Origin: Candidatus Planktophila sp.
GTDB taxonomy: Bacteria; Actinomycetota; Actinomycetes; Nanopelagicales; Nanopelagicaceae
Direction: 5' to 3'
Assembly (NCBI GenBank): GCA_044348405.1
Contig: JBIKSX010000001.1
Coordinates: 28,328 to 92,327, forward strand
Length of the DNA: 64,000 bases
Notes under the pieces: generated by a model
The model's database searches: none
Told to the model about the DNA's origin: nothing
The model's input: only the letters and a program-made list of their open reading frames with translations
Shown: one piece after another, positions 12,300 through 22,389 of the stretch
Numbering within the stretch: the first letter of the stretch is position 1
Layout: each line of letters begins with the position of its first letter
Translations under genes and position numbers: made by a program

Positions 12300-14377
12300 A
12301 CCCCGGCCTCTTCCATCATTCGTAGCTCTTTCTTCAATATCTTGATTTCATCGCGCAATCTAGCGGCGACCTCAAATTGAAGTTCAGATGCTGCATTGCG
12401 CATCTGATCGGTGAGCGAGCCTATCAATGCGATCAGATCCTTGCGCGGCAAAGAGGTAGAGGACTTGTCGTAAATTCCAGCAGATGAGGCAATTTTCTTA
12501 GCTCCACCCTTTTCATGGGACAAAAGTTCTTCGGTGTCTTCACTTTCGCGATTAATCAGGTCAGTGATATCTGCAATCTTTTTGCGCAGCGGTTGAGGGT
12601 CGACTCCACGTTCTAGGTTGTACGCAACCTGCTTTGCCCGACGTCGGTTTGTCTCATCTATTGCCTTAGCCATGGAATCAGTAATTCGATCGGCATACAT
12701 ATGAACTTCGCCAGAGACATTTCGAGCAGCTCGACCAATTGTTTGAATCAATGATGTTGATGAACGAAGGAAGCCTTCCTTATCAGCATCCAGGATTGCC
12801 ACCAAAGATACTTCCGGTAAATCCAAACCTTCGCGTAGTAAATTGATACCAATCAAAACATCGTAATCACCTGTTCGTAGTTCGCGCAGCAATTCGACGC
12901 GGCGCAAGGTATCTACTTCGGAGTGCAAATAACGAACATTGACGCCGCGTTCTTGAAGATAATCAGTCAAATCTTCAGACATTTTTTTAGTTAGAGTGGT
13001 TACAAGCACTCGCTCATTTTTGGCGGCACGAATATTGATTTCGTTGAGCAGATCATCAATCTGGCCCTTGATTGGTTTGATGACAATTTGAGGATCAACC
13101 AAGCCTGTTGGGCGAATAACTTGCTCGACCACATCATCATTGACTTTAGCTAATTCATATTTTCCTGGAGTCGCAGACAAATAGATTGTCTGCCCAGTTC
13201 TTTCCACAAATTCTGGAAACTTTAATGGTCGGTTATCTAGCGCACTTGGAAGACGGAAGCCATGCTCTACCAAGGTCCGCTTACGTGATGCATCGCCTTC
13301 AAACATGGCCCCCAGCTGAGGCACTGTTACGTGACTTTCATCAATTACAACTAGAAAATCTTCCGGGAAATAATCTAGGAGACAGTGTGGCGCAGATCCG
13401 GCTGGACGATCATCTAGGTGCCGCGAGTAATTTTCGATGCCGCTGCAAAAACCAATTTGTTCCATCATTTCGATATCAAAAGTTGTTCGCATACGAAGCC
13501 GTTGGGCTTCAAGTAACTTTCCTTGCTTTTCAAAAAGATTGAGCTGAACCTGTAATTCATCTTGGATATCCCCGATCGCACGCTTCATGGTTTCGGGTCC
13601 TGCTGCATAGTGCGTAGCTGGGAAAACAAAGATTTCTTCTTCATCTCGAATAATCTCGCCAGTTAGTGGGTGAAGCGTTGATATCTTCTCAATCTCATCG
13701 CCAAACATTTCAATACGAATGGCTAATTCCTCATACATCGGAATGATTTCGATGGTGTCTCCACGTACTCGGAAAGTTCCGCGCTCAAAGGCCATGTCAT
13801 TGCGCTTGTACTGGACATCCACAAACTTACGAAGCAAAGCATTACGTTCAATTTCTTCACCTACACGTAGGCGGACCATTCGATCCACGTATTCCTGCGG
13901 CGTTCCAAGCCCATAAATACAGGAAACTGTGGCAACGACAATGACATCGCGACGAGTCAGAAGAGAGTTAGTGGCAGAGTGACGCAACCGTTCAACCTCT
14001 TCGTTAACACTTGAATCTTTTTCAATGAAGGTGTCTGTTTGTGGCACATAAGCTTCAGGTTGGTAGTAGTCGTAATAAGAGACAAAGTATTCGACCGCAT
14101 TATTGGGTAGTAGCTCGCGGAACTCGTTTGCTAACTGGGCAGCCAAGGTTTTATTGGGAGCAAGAACCAAGGTGGGCCGTTGCAGCTGCTCAATTAGCCA
14201 AGCAGTTGTAGCTGACTTTCCAGTACCTGTTGCCCCCAGCAAAACAACATCGCGTTCCCCCGCATTAATGCGTTTTGTGATTTCAGCTATTGCGGCAGGC
14301 TGATCCCCGGCCGGGACATAGTCGCTGATGACTTGAAAGGGTTCAACCCGACGTTGAAGTTCAGATATCGGGCGCAT
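12296..14377 (-). CDS. uvrB: Excinuclease ABC subunit B
   Basis: [18 protein letters not shown] beta-hairpin, [14 protein letters not shown]-terminal UVR domain. Confidence 0.99.
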   Translation of the reverse strand: MRPISELQRRVEPFQVISDYVPAGDQPAAIAEITKRINAGERDVVLLGATGTGKSATTAWLIEQLQRPTLVLAPNKTLAAQLANEFRELLPNNAVEYFVSYYDYYQPEAYVPQTDTFIEKDSSVNEEVERLRHSATNSLLTRRDVIVVATVSCIYGLGTPQEYVDRMVRLRVGEEIERNALLRKFVDVQYKRNDMAFERGTFRVRGDTIEIIPMYEELAIRIEMFGDEIEKISTLHPLTGEIIRDEEEIFVFPATHYAAGPETMKRAIGDIQDELQVQLNLFEKQGKLLEAQRLRMRTTFDIEMMEQIGFCSGIENYSRHLDDRPAGSAPHCLLDYFPEDFLVVIDESHVTVPQLGAMFEGDASRKRTLVEHGFRLPSALDNRPLKFPEFVERTGQTIYLSATPGKYELAKVNDDVVEQVIRPTGLVDPQIVIKPIKGQIDDLLNEINIRAAKNERVLVTTLTKKMSEDLTDYLQERGVNVRYLHSEVDTLRRVELLRELRTGDYDVLIGINLLREGLDLPEVSLVAILDADKEGFLRSSTSLIQTIGRAARNVSGEVHMYADRITDSMAKAIDETNRRRAKQVAYNLERGVDPQPLRKKIADITDLINRESEDTEELLSHEKGGAKKIASSAGIYDKSSTSLPRKDLIALIGSLTDQMRNAASELQFEVAARLRDEIKILKKELRMMEEAGV

Positions 14378-14393
14378 TTGCTAAGCCTACTTA

Positions 14394-14978
14394 TTAACTA
14401 TCGTGAAGGCTATCCCAGATGTTTTCCACCTGGCGCAGCAGCTCATCTTCGCTTCCATCATTTTCGATCAGGAAATCGGCAATCTCGATCCGCTGCTCCC
14501 GTGTGGCTTGTGCCGCTATTCGGCCTTCGATTTCGGAAATGTGCATTCCTCTGCCCAGCAAACGAGCAATTCTATTTTCCATTTCAGATTCGACAGTTAT
14601 GACAAGGTCAAATCTTTCGTGCGCATTAGTTTCGTATAGCAAGGGAATTTCATAAACAAGAACATCGTCGCCTTTGAGTGAAGCAACCGCTTCTTCAAAC
14701 TCTCTACGCACAATTGGATGGATAATATTTTCCAGTGAAGACTTTGCTTGTGGATCTTTAAAAATGAGTTCACCCAAAGCTCGACGATCAATGTTTCCGT
14801 CTTTCAAAATAGAATCACCAAACAATGTGACTACTTCATCAAAACCATCTGAGCCACGTTCAATGGCAGCACGCGCTAACTGATCCGCATCAATTACAAG
14901 GGCACCTAGTTCAGCAAAGTACTGCGCTGCCAATGACTTACCACAGCCAATGCCACCCGTTAAAGCTATTACCCGCAT
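14394..14978 (-). CDS. coaE: Dephospho-CoA kinase
   Basis: LTGGIGCGKS, IDAD, LENIIHP, EIPLLYE. Confidence 0.96.
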   Translation of the reverse strand: MRVIALTGGIGCGKSLAAQYFAELGALVIDADQLARAAIERGSDGFDEVVTLFGDSILKDGNIDRRALGELIFKDPQAKSSLENIIHPIVRREFEEAVASLKGDDVLVYEIPLLYETNAHERFDLVITVESEMENRIARLLGRGMHISEIEGRIAAQATREQRIEIADFLIENDGSEDELLRQVENIWDSLHDS

Positions 14979-15049
14979 AACCCAACTCTACCTTTCCTAT
15001 AGTTCGAACGAGGGAATTCAGTAGATACAAGAAAGGGTGCACATTAAAT

Positions 15050-15119
15050 AAAAGGGAGTCCAGTTGAAGTAAGCGAGTGTCAAACGTTTTTCTCGCGGCT
15101 TCAAGCTGGACTCCCTTTT
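15050..15119 (-). terminator. Extended stem-loop/intrinsic terminator downstream of rpsA
   Basis: AAAAGGGAGTCCAG pairs with CTGGACTCCCTTTT, plus inner TTGAAG/CTTCAA and GCGAG/CTCGC; T-rich tail on the minus strand. Confidence 0.8.
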
Positions 15120-15130
15120 AGGAGTTTGAT

Positions 15131-16486
15131 CTATTCGGCAGCGGCAACTGTTTCTTCTGCTGGAGTAGCTGCAGCGTCTGCAACCTTGGCTTCAGCCTTC
15201 TGCTTCTTGTGTGCCATGAAACGCTCTTGCGCTTGGGCGTACTGCTTTTCCCACTCTTCGCGCTGTGTTTCATATCCTGGCTTCCACTCTTGTGAGTCTG
15301 CATCGAAACCTTCAGGGTAAATGAAGTTTCCTGCTGCATCGTAACGAGCAGCCATTCCGTACTGAGTTGGATCAAATGCTTCGATCTCAATCTCTGTACC
15401 TTCGTTAGCCTGCTTCAACGAAAGTGAAATACGACGACGCTCTAGGTCGATATCGATGATCTTTACAAAGAGTTCATCATCAACTTGAACAACCTGCTCT
15501 GGAATCTCAACATGGCGTTCTGCCAACTCTGAGATGTGAACAAGGCCTTCAATTCCTTCGTGAACACGGATGAATGCACCAAATGGAACAAGCTTTGTCA
15601 CAACACCTGGAACAACCTGATTGATTGTGTGGGTGCGAGCAAATGCCTGCCATGGATCTTCTTGTGTTGCCTTAAGTGAAAGCGATACACGCTCGCGCTC
15701 GAAATCTACTTCGAGAACTTCAACAGTTACTTCGTCGCCAACTTCAACAACTTCACCTGGGTGATCGATGTGCTTCCATGAAAGCTCTGACACGTGAACC
15801 AAACCATCTACGCCACCAAGGTCAACGAATGCACCAAAGTTAACGATAGATGAAACAACACCTGTGCGAACCTGGCCCTTTTGTAGCTGGTTTAGGAATG
15901 TTGTACGAGATTCTGATTGTGTCTGCTCTAGGAATGCGCGACGTGAAAGTACAACGTTGTTGCGATTCTTATCTAGTTCGATGATGCGTGCTTCAACCTG
16001 CTTGCCAATGTATGGAGTCAGATCGCGTACGCGGCGCATCTCGACAAGAGATGCTGGAAGGAATCCACGTAGACCGATGTCCACGATAAGTCCGCCCTTA
16101 ACAACTTCAATAACAGTTCCGACGACAACTTCGTCGCGCTCCTTCTTGCCTTCAATGTCTCCCCATGCACGCTCGTACTGTGCGCGCTTCTTGGAAAGGA
16201 TTAGGCGACCCTCTTTGTCTTCTTTCTGAAGAACAAGAGCTTCAATAATCTCACCAACTTTAACGATTGAGTTTGGATCTGCATCGTGGCGAATTGAAAG
16301 CTCGCGAGCTGGAATAACTCCTTCAGTCTTGTATCCGATATCGACAAGAACTTCTTCGCGTCCAACTTGAACAACTGCACCTGATACTAGGTCGCCGTCA
16401 TTAAAGTTTCTGATTGTGCCTTCGATTGCTGCTAGAAAATCTTCAGCTGATCCGATGTCATTTACTGCAATTTGTGGTGTAGACAA
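15131..16486 (-). CDS. rpsA: 30S ribosomal protein S1
   Basis: Four S1 repeats (DGLVHVSELSW, EGLVHISEL) and actinobacterial C-terminal extension; TTG start. Confidence 0.98.
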   Translation of the reverse strand: MSTPQIAVNDIGSAEDFLAAIEGTIRNFNDGDLVSGAVVQVGREEVLVDIGYKTEGVIPARELSIRHDADPNSIVKVGEIIEALVLQKEDKEGRLILSKKRAQYERAWGDIEGKKERDEVVVGTVIEVVKGGLIVDIGLRGFLPASLVEMRRVRDLTPYIGKQVEARIIELDKNRNNVVLSRRAFLEQTQSESRTTFLNQLQKGQVRTGVVSSIVNFGAFVDLGGVDGLVHVSELSWKHIDHPGEVVEVGDEVTVEVLEVDFERERVSLSLKATQEDPWQAFARTHTINQVVPGVVTKLVPFGAFIRVHEGIEGLVHISELAERHVEIPEQVVQVDDELFVKIIDIDLERRRISLSLKQANEGTEIEIEAFDPTQYGMAARYDAAGNFIYPEGFDADSQEWKPGYETQREEWEKQYAQAQERFMAHKKQKAEAKVADAAATPAEETVAAAE

Positions 16487-16590
16487 TTGTGCTCCGTAGG
16501 GATAGAAAGTAGTAGTTCCCGCTTTCGCGGCTGAAGGGCAAGGGTACGGTTTGCACGCTCATATGGGCAAATCCACTTACTTTTCTGAGC

Positions 16591-17841
16591 GTGAAAGATA
16601 GACTGGTCGTCGTTATGAATAGATATAGAGAGCTCATGGCTTTCCCACAGGTCATTCGACTTGGAATTAGCGCATTTCCAGCGCGATTGGCCTACGGCAT
16701 GATCGGTCTCGGTATCTTTTTCAAAGCAGAGCAGGAAACTGGCTCTATTGCAGTGGCTGGCTTTGCAATTGGTTTGAACTCACTAGCCGGTTCTTTGACT
16801 GCAGGTCTGCGGGGATCTGTGATGGATCGCTTTGGTCAAAAGTGGCCCATTCGCATTTTGGTTCCTTTGTATTCGGCAATGATCCTTTTGCTCAACACAA
16901 TGGAAACTCGAGAATCCATTTTAATCACCGCATTCATTTTGGGCATTACCGCTCCCCCGATTAACTTATCTGTCCGTCCATTATGGAAAGACATTGTCCC
17001 GGATTCATATCTGCGTACCGCGTACGCATTTGATTCTTCAATGATGAGTTCAACAAGTGTTATTGGCCCTGTTGTTATCACTGCGCTTTCGCTTTCTTCT
17101 CGCCCAGAATTAGGTCTAGGAACTATCGCTGCCTTGATGTTTACAGGTGGTATCGCTCTATCACTGACTCCGGCATCTCGTGATTGGATTCCTGAAAAGA
17201 AAAACAAAGGTCAGCAAAGATTGTGGAAGGATCGAGCCATTCAGTTGCTGATGTTTGAAGGCTGCTTTATTGGCTTTGGTTGGGGCGTCTTTGATGTTGC
17301 TGTTCCAGCATTTGCAACGCAAGAAGGTGTTCAGCATCGCGTTGCTTGGATCTTTGCCGCCTTCGGAATCGCAACGGTCATAGGTGGCTTATTGGGTGGA
17401 TTGGTTTCAAAGAGATTACCTCCACTTCTGGCATTACGACGAGCATATGCATTGTGGTTGCTTGCCTGTCTTCCGATCGCCTTCACCTACCCGGATTGGA
17501 CTATGGCACTTGTTGGAGCATCTATCGGCTTTTTAGGTGGCGCAGTTCAAGTTTTTTACTTTGAAGTTCTTGAAGCGGTAAGGCCCAAAGGTTCACAGAC
17601 CGCTTCGCTCGGTTGGATCTGGAGTGTTGAGGGTTCTTTCATGGCGGTAGGCGCTGCAGTTGGTGGAGTTGTGTCTGAAATGTTCTCACCACGCATTGGG
17701 TTAGCAATGTTGCCAATCATGATTTGTGTTGGCTTAATAATTTTATCGATTGGTCGTGGAAGGTTAAGCGCTGCAAATGACATTCCAACTGATGAAGAAG
17801 ATCTTCAAGCGATGGAAGATATATCTAACCAAGTGAAGTAG
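16591..17841 (+). CDS. MFS transporter
   Basis: About 12 hydrophobic segments; motif A-like GSVMDRFGQK; start could be GTG 16591 or ATG 16615. Confidence 0.88.
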   Translation: MKDRLVVVMNRYRELMAFPQVIRLGISAFPARLAYGMIGLGIFFKAEQETGSIAVAGFAIGLNSLAGSLTAGLRGSVMDRFGQKWPIRILVPLYSAMILLLNTMETRESILITAFILGITAPPINLSVRPLWKDIVPDSYLRTAYAFDSSMMSSTSVIGPVVITALSLSSRPELGLGTIAALMFTGGIALSLTPASRDWIPEKKNKGQQRLWKDRAIQLLMFEGCFIGFGWGVFDVAVPAFATQEGVQHRVAWIFAAFGIATVIGGLLGGLVSKRLPPLLALRRAYALWLLACLPIAFTYPDWTMALVGASIGFLGGAVQVFYFEVLEAVRPKGSQTASLGWIWSVEGSFMAVGAAVGGVVSEMFSPRIGLAMLPIMICVGLIILSIGRGRLSAANDIPTDEEDLQAMEDISNQVK

Positions 17842-20427
17842 TTAGTGCGCCGCTTCATGCCAGGTAAGGCCAAGACCCGCATTAACGTCTAGTGGCGCCT
17901 TCAGTGGATATGCAGAACCCATTTCACGCTTGACTAGTTCACTTATTTTTTCCTCTTCACCAGATACGACCTCAAGGATTAACTCATCATGGATCTGCAG
18001 AAGTAAGCGAGAGTTTAATTTCTCTTTCTCAATTGCCCGCTGAACATTAAGCATGGCCAGTTTGATGATGTCTGCCGCAGATCCCTGAATCGGAGCGTTG
18101 AGCGCCATGCGCTCTGCGACTTCGCGTCTTTGTCTATTGTCATGCATTAAATCTGGCAAGTAACGACGTCGACCCATAATTGTTTCGGTGTAACCGACTT
18201 TGCGAGCATCTTCGACAACTGTTTTTAAGTAGTCTCTGATTCCACCAAATCGTTCAAAGTAGGTGTCCATCAACTGTTGGGCTGCAGGTGGAGAAATATC
18301 TAATTGAATCGCTAGACCATATGAAGAAAGTCCATAAGCAAGTCCATACGACATAGCTTTCATCTGTCTACGCATTTCAGGATCTACTTCAGATGGTTTA
18401 ACACCAAACACAAGTCCAGCAACTGTTGCATGAAGATCTTCACCTGAAGCAAAGGCTGCCAGCAATTTTTCATCGTGGGACAAGTGAGCCATGATGCGCA
18501 TTTCGATCTGGCTGTAATCTGCAGTCAACAATGCGACATAACCTTTGCCAACAGTAAAACAGTCGCGAATCTTGCGTCCTTCTTCTGTGCGGACCGGAAT
18601 GTTTTGCAAATTAGGCCCAGTTGATGAAAGACGACCGGTTGCGGCAACTGTCTGCTGGAAATGAGTATGAATGCGCCCGTCTTTGGCAATTTCAGCAATC
18701 AGACCTTCAACAGTTGTTCCCAATTTTTTGGTTTCGCGAATTCGAAGCAAAGAGGTTAAAACCGGATGCCCACTTTTTTGATGCAACCAATCCAAGCTTT
18801 CGGCGTCGGTTGTGTAGCCGGTCTTAATCTTCTTTGTTTTAGGAAGATTGAGCTCATCAAACAAAACAACTTGTAGCTGCTTAGGAGATGCCACATTGAA
18901 TTCGTGGCCGACCGAATCGTGCGCCGCTTTTGTTTCGCGGTTAACTTCACCCTCGAAAAAGGCAGCAAGTGCCTCTAAACCTTTCCTATTGACCGCTATA
19001 CCTACAGCCTCCATGCGTCCCAAGAGATCAGCGACCGGTAGTTCCATATTTGTAAAAAGATCCAGCAGGTTTCGTTCCTTTAATTCGCGCGTGAGTGAAT
19101 CTCGTAAGGACAACATGGCCCTGGCAGAAGTTAAGAGCTCCTGTTCGGGAGAAGATCCATTGATAGCTGAGCCATCTCCCCAACGCTCTTGTATGTCCTT
19201 TAGCTCCTGGCTTCGAACGCCGGGATTAACTAAATAGGCCGCAAGTGAAGTATCAAAACAGACTCCTGTTAAACCGTTGATGCGGGCTAATGACTTTGCA
19301 TCATGAGCGATCTTGGTAACTTTTTTATTGGTTGCCCAATCCCCCATCGTCGAACCATGAACCAAAAAGACATCATCTGGTGTTAACGCAACTGCATAAC
19401 GATGCAGCTTCTCATCAACTAGTTGATAAGCAATGGCAATGTCACCCGAATGCCGCGCAATCTTTGTTGACGCCTCTTCTGGAGTCAGAACACCTTCAAC
19501 AATCTCAACTGCAAACAATTCAAATTCGGGGGCAACCGTCCTAGTTGTGCCCTTGAGTAAAATCGGCTTCATTCGATCCTTAAGGGTTTTGAACTCTAGT
19601 TTTTCAAAGAGCGGATTAGTTTTGTTTTCATCCACACCGCTCCACGCCAAAGAATCGATACTTAACTCCAAAGGAACATTGGCAACTAATTGAGTTAATT
19701 CACGGTTTCGAATGACATCATTGATTGAATCTCTTAGTGATTGACCAACTTTTCCGCCCAGCTTGTCTATGTTCGCAATTAGTTCATGTAATGAACCATA
19801 TTCAACAACCCACTTTGCGGCAGTCTTTTCACCAACACCAGGTACCGACGGCAAGTTGTCACTTGGGTCTCCACGTAGTGCGGCAAAATCTGGGTACTGT
19901 TCCGGAGACATTCCGTATTTTTCTTGTACAGCAGCTGGGGTCATCCGAGCAAGATCACTTACGCCTCGCTTTGGATAAAGCACAGTTGTCTTTTCATTTA
20001 CTAACTGAAATGAATCACGATCACCAGTACAGATAAAGACTTCAGCATTTTCGCGCTCTGCTTGCTTAGCGATTGTTGCGATTATGTCATCTGCCTCAAA
20101 GCCTTCGACTTCAAATGTGGTGATTCCAAAAGCTGTAACCAATTCATGTAGGTATGACATTTGTGATCGAAATTCATCTGGGGTCTTTGCTCGATTGGCT
20201 TTATATTCGGGAAATATTTCAGATCTAAAGGTCTTACGTGAGACGTCAAAGGCAACGGCCACATGTGTTGGCTTTTCCGTGGTCAGTAGTGAAAGCAGCA
20301 TGGTTGCAAAGCCATAAATAGCGTTGGTGTGTTGACCTTGCGCGGTTGTGAAATTCTCAGCAGGTAAAGCAAAAAAGGCTCGATACGCCATTGAGTGCCC
20401 ATCGATTAGCAATAGGCGTTTGGTCAT
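17842..20427 (-). CDS. polA: DNA polymerase I
   Basis: 5'-3' exonuclease (LIDGHS, EADD, GDPSDN), polymerase motifs DYSQIEMR, YGL, QIHDEL. Confidence 0.99.
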   Translation of the reverse strand: MTKRLLLIDGHSMAYRAFFALPAENFTTAQGQHTNAIYGFATMLLSLLTTEKPTHVAVAFDVSRKTFRSEIFPEYKANRAKTPDEFRSQMSYLHELVTAFGITTFEVEGFEADDIIATIAKQAERENAEVFICTGDRDSFQLVNEKTTVLYPKRGVSDLARMTPAAVQEKYGMSPEQYPDFAALRGDPSDNLPSVPGVGEKTAAKWVVEYGSLHELIANIDKLGGKVGQSLRDSINDVIRNRELTQLVANVPLELSIDSLAWSGVDENKTNPLFEKLEFKTLKDRMKPILLKGTTRTVAPEFELFAVEIVEGVLTPEEASTKIARHSGDIAIAYQLVDEKLHRYAVALTPDDVFLVHGSTMGDWATNKKVTKIAHDAKSLARINGLTGVCFDTSLAAYLVNPGVRSQELKDIQERWGDGSAINGSSPEQELLTSARAMLSLRDSLTRELKERNLLDLFTNMELPVADLLGRMEAVGIAVNRKGLEALAAFFEGEVNRETKAAHDSVGHEFNVASPKQLQVVLFDELNLPKTKKIKTGYTTDAESLDWLHQKSGHPVLTSLLRIRETKKLGTTVEGLIAEIAKDGRIHTHFQQTVAATGRLSSTGPNLQNIPVRTEEGRKIRDCFTVGKGYVALLTADYSQIEMRIMAHLSHDEKLLAAFASGEDLHATVAGLVFGVKPSEVDPEMRRQMKAMSYGLAYGLSSYGLAIQLDISPPAAQQLMDTYFERFGGIRDYLKTVVEDARKVGYTETIMGRRRYLPDLMHDNRQRREVAERMALNAPIQGSAADIIKLAMLNVQRAIEKEKLNSRLLLQIHDELILEVVSGEEEKISELVKREMGSAYPLKAPLDVNAGLGLTWHEAAH

Positions 20428-20461
20428 GGATGCATCGTAGAGTGCCAGTTAGACTCTGCCC
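20428..20461. promoter_or_regulatory. Divergent leaderless promoters for polA and the thioesterase
   Basis: TACGAT-6nt-ATG on the minus strand and TAGACT-6nt-ATG on the plus strand in a 34 bp spacer; no SD on either. Confidence 0.65.
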
Positions 20462-20875
20462 ATGACTGAACCGGATTATCTTGCAATTATTAAAGCCCGA
20501 GGTAGTGGCGCCCTAGATAAGAAAATGGGCATCGAGATTACAGAAGCCTCATTGACCAGACTTGTTGCGACCATGCCAGTTGATGGAAACACGCAACCCA
20601 TGGGCATCTTGCATGGTGGAGCAAATGTTGTTTTAGCTGAATCACTTGGTTCTGTCGGTACACAGTTAAATGCAGGCGAAAATCGAAGAATCGTTGGAAT
20701 TGATATCAATGCAACCCATCACAAAGCCACTGCAACAGGAATAGTCACAGGAGTTGCAACCGCAGTTTCAATCGGTAAAACATTGTGCTGCTGGGATATT
20801 GTGATTACAAATGAAAACGGACAGCGCACCTGCACTGCCCGTATCACTTGTATGATTCTGGCGGAAAGAAACTAA
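20462..20875 (+). CDS. PaaI/hotdog-fold thioesterase (DHNA-CoA thioesterase-like)
   Basis: NTQPMGILHGGANVVLAESLGS, GIDINATHH; divergent from polA. Confidence 0.9.
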   Translation: MTEPDYLAIIKARGSGALDKKMGIEITEASLTRLVATMPVDGNTQPMGILHGGANVVLAESLGSVGTQLNAGENRRIVGIDINATHHKATATGIVTGVATAVSIGKTLCCWDIVITNENGQRTCTARITCMILAERN

Positions 20876-20894
20876 CGCTTCTTCCCTGTCCATG

Positions 20895-21623
20895 TTAGAA
20901 AATCTCGTTAGCACCTGTTCCAAGGTATGCAGCCTTAACATGCGGATCATTTAACAAATCACTGGCTTTTGCTTCTTTGGTAATTGAACCAGTTTCAAGA
21001 ACGTATGCACGGTGGGCACGAGAAAGTGCTTGCTGTGCATTTTGCTCAACCAAAAGAATAGTTACGCCCTGCTTGTTAATCTCAGTGATGATGCGGAAGA
21101 TGTTTGCAATCATTTGAGGCGCTAACCCCATTGATGGTTCATCAAGCAAAAGGACCTTTGGGCGTGCCATCAGAGCGCGACCAATTGCAAGCATCTGCTG
21201 CTCTCCACCTGACAAGGTTCCGCCAGCTTGGAATGCTCGCTCCTTAAGGCGTGGGAATAGATCATAAATTCGCTCTAGATCTGTCGCGATTTCAGACTTG
21301 CGCATCTTGAGGTGGTACTTACCCATTTCAAGATTTTCCAAAACAGTCATTCCAGAGAAAATACCGCGACCTTCAGGTGCTTGCGAGATTCCCAATCGCA
21401 CACGATCGTGAGCTGCCATCTTGGAGATGTCCTGCCCATCAAAAGTTATTGAGCCAGAACTCAATGGACGAAGCCCAGAAATCGTTTTGAGAGTAGTTGT
21501 CTTACCAGCGCCATTGGCACCAATTAGCGTGACTATCTCGCCTTCATTAACGACAACTGAGATGCCTTTAATTGCTTCAATTTTTCCATAATGTACATGG
21601 AGATCTTTAACTTCAAGACGCAT
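20895..21623 (-). CDS. livF: Branched-chain amino acid ABC transporter ATPase
   Basis: GANGAGKTT, PEGRGIF, LSGGEQQM, LLLDEPSMGLAP. Confidence 0.95.
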   Translation of the reverse strand: MRLEVKDLHVHYGKIEAIKGISVVVNEGEIVTLIGANGAGKTTTLKTISGLRPLSSGSITFDGQDISKMAAHDRVRLGISQAPEGRGIFSGMTVLENLEMGKYHLKMRKSEIATDLERIYDLFPRLKERAFQAGGTLSGGEQQMLAIGRALMARPKVLLLDEPSMGLAPQMIANIFRIITEINKQGVTILLVEQNAQQALSRAHRAYVLETGSITKEAKASDLLNDPHVKAAYLGTGANEIF

Positions 21624-22389
21624 CGTCTGGCACTCCTAAATAAGCTTCAATGACTCGTTTATCATTTTGAACCACGGTTGGTAGATCGTCGGCAATCTTT
21701 GTTCCAAAATCAATTACAACAACTCGATCTGAAACTCCCATAACAAGGGACATATCATGTTCAATTAGAAGAACGGTGTAACCCGCATCTCGGATCTTAC
21801 GAATCGTTTGAGCTAACTCAATTTTTTCAGCAGGGTTAAATCCAGCCGCTGGCTCATCAAGTAACAAAAGCTTTGGCTTGGTGCCAAGAGCTCGTGCAAT
21901 TTCAAGTCGACGCTGGACACCATAAGGAAGGTTCTTAGCTAAACGATCGGCGTACTCGCCAATACCAATGAAGTCCAAGATTTCCTGGGCGCGCGCATTA
22001 TCGCTTTTCTCTTCTTTGCGCGAGATCGGCATACCAAACAAACCACTGAGCAATCCTGATTTCTTGTGGGTATCAGTTGCAGTGATGACATTTTCCAGCG
22101 CGGTCATATCCCCCCAAAGGCGAATATTCTGGAATGTACGTGCAATGCCACCTTTAGTGATCTTGTATCGCTTTTTACTCTTGAGTGACTTACCAAGAAA
22201 ATTAATGTCTCCGCTTGTAACTTGGTAGACACCAGTGATGACGTTGAAAACTGTGGTCTTTCCAGCTCCGTTAGGACCGATTAACCCAAGAATTTCCTTC
22301 TCTTTTATGTGAAAACTAACATCGTTGAGCGCAGTTACTCCGCCAAACTTGATAGTCACATTTTCTAAAGCTAAAACATTATTTGTCAT
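21613..22389 (-). CDS. livG: Branched-chain amino acid ABC transporter ATPase
   Basis: GPNGAGKTT, ARTFQNIRL, LPYGVQRRLEIARAL, VIEAYLG. Confidence 0.95.
   Translation of the reverse strand: MTNNVLALENVTIKFGGVTALNDVSFHIKEKEILGLIGPNGAGKTTVFNVITGVYQVTSGDINFLGKSLKSKKRYKITKGGIARTFQNIRLWGDMTALENVITATDTHKKSGLLSGLFGMPISRKEEKSDNARAQEILDFIGIGEYADRLAKNLPYGVQRRLEIARALGTKPKLLLLDEPAAGFNPAEKIELAQTIRKIRDAGYTVLLIEHDMSLVMGVSDRVVVIDFGTKIADDLPTVVQNDKRVIEAYLGVPDDAS

Noticed and set aside
15001-15020. TCGAAC half-site upstream of coaE-uvrB as a LexA box
   Set aside because: The second half-site GTTCGA at 4-nt spacing is absent
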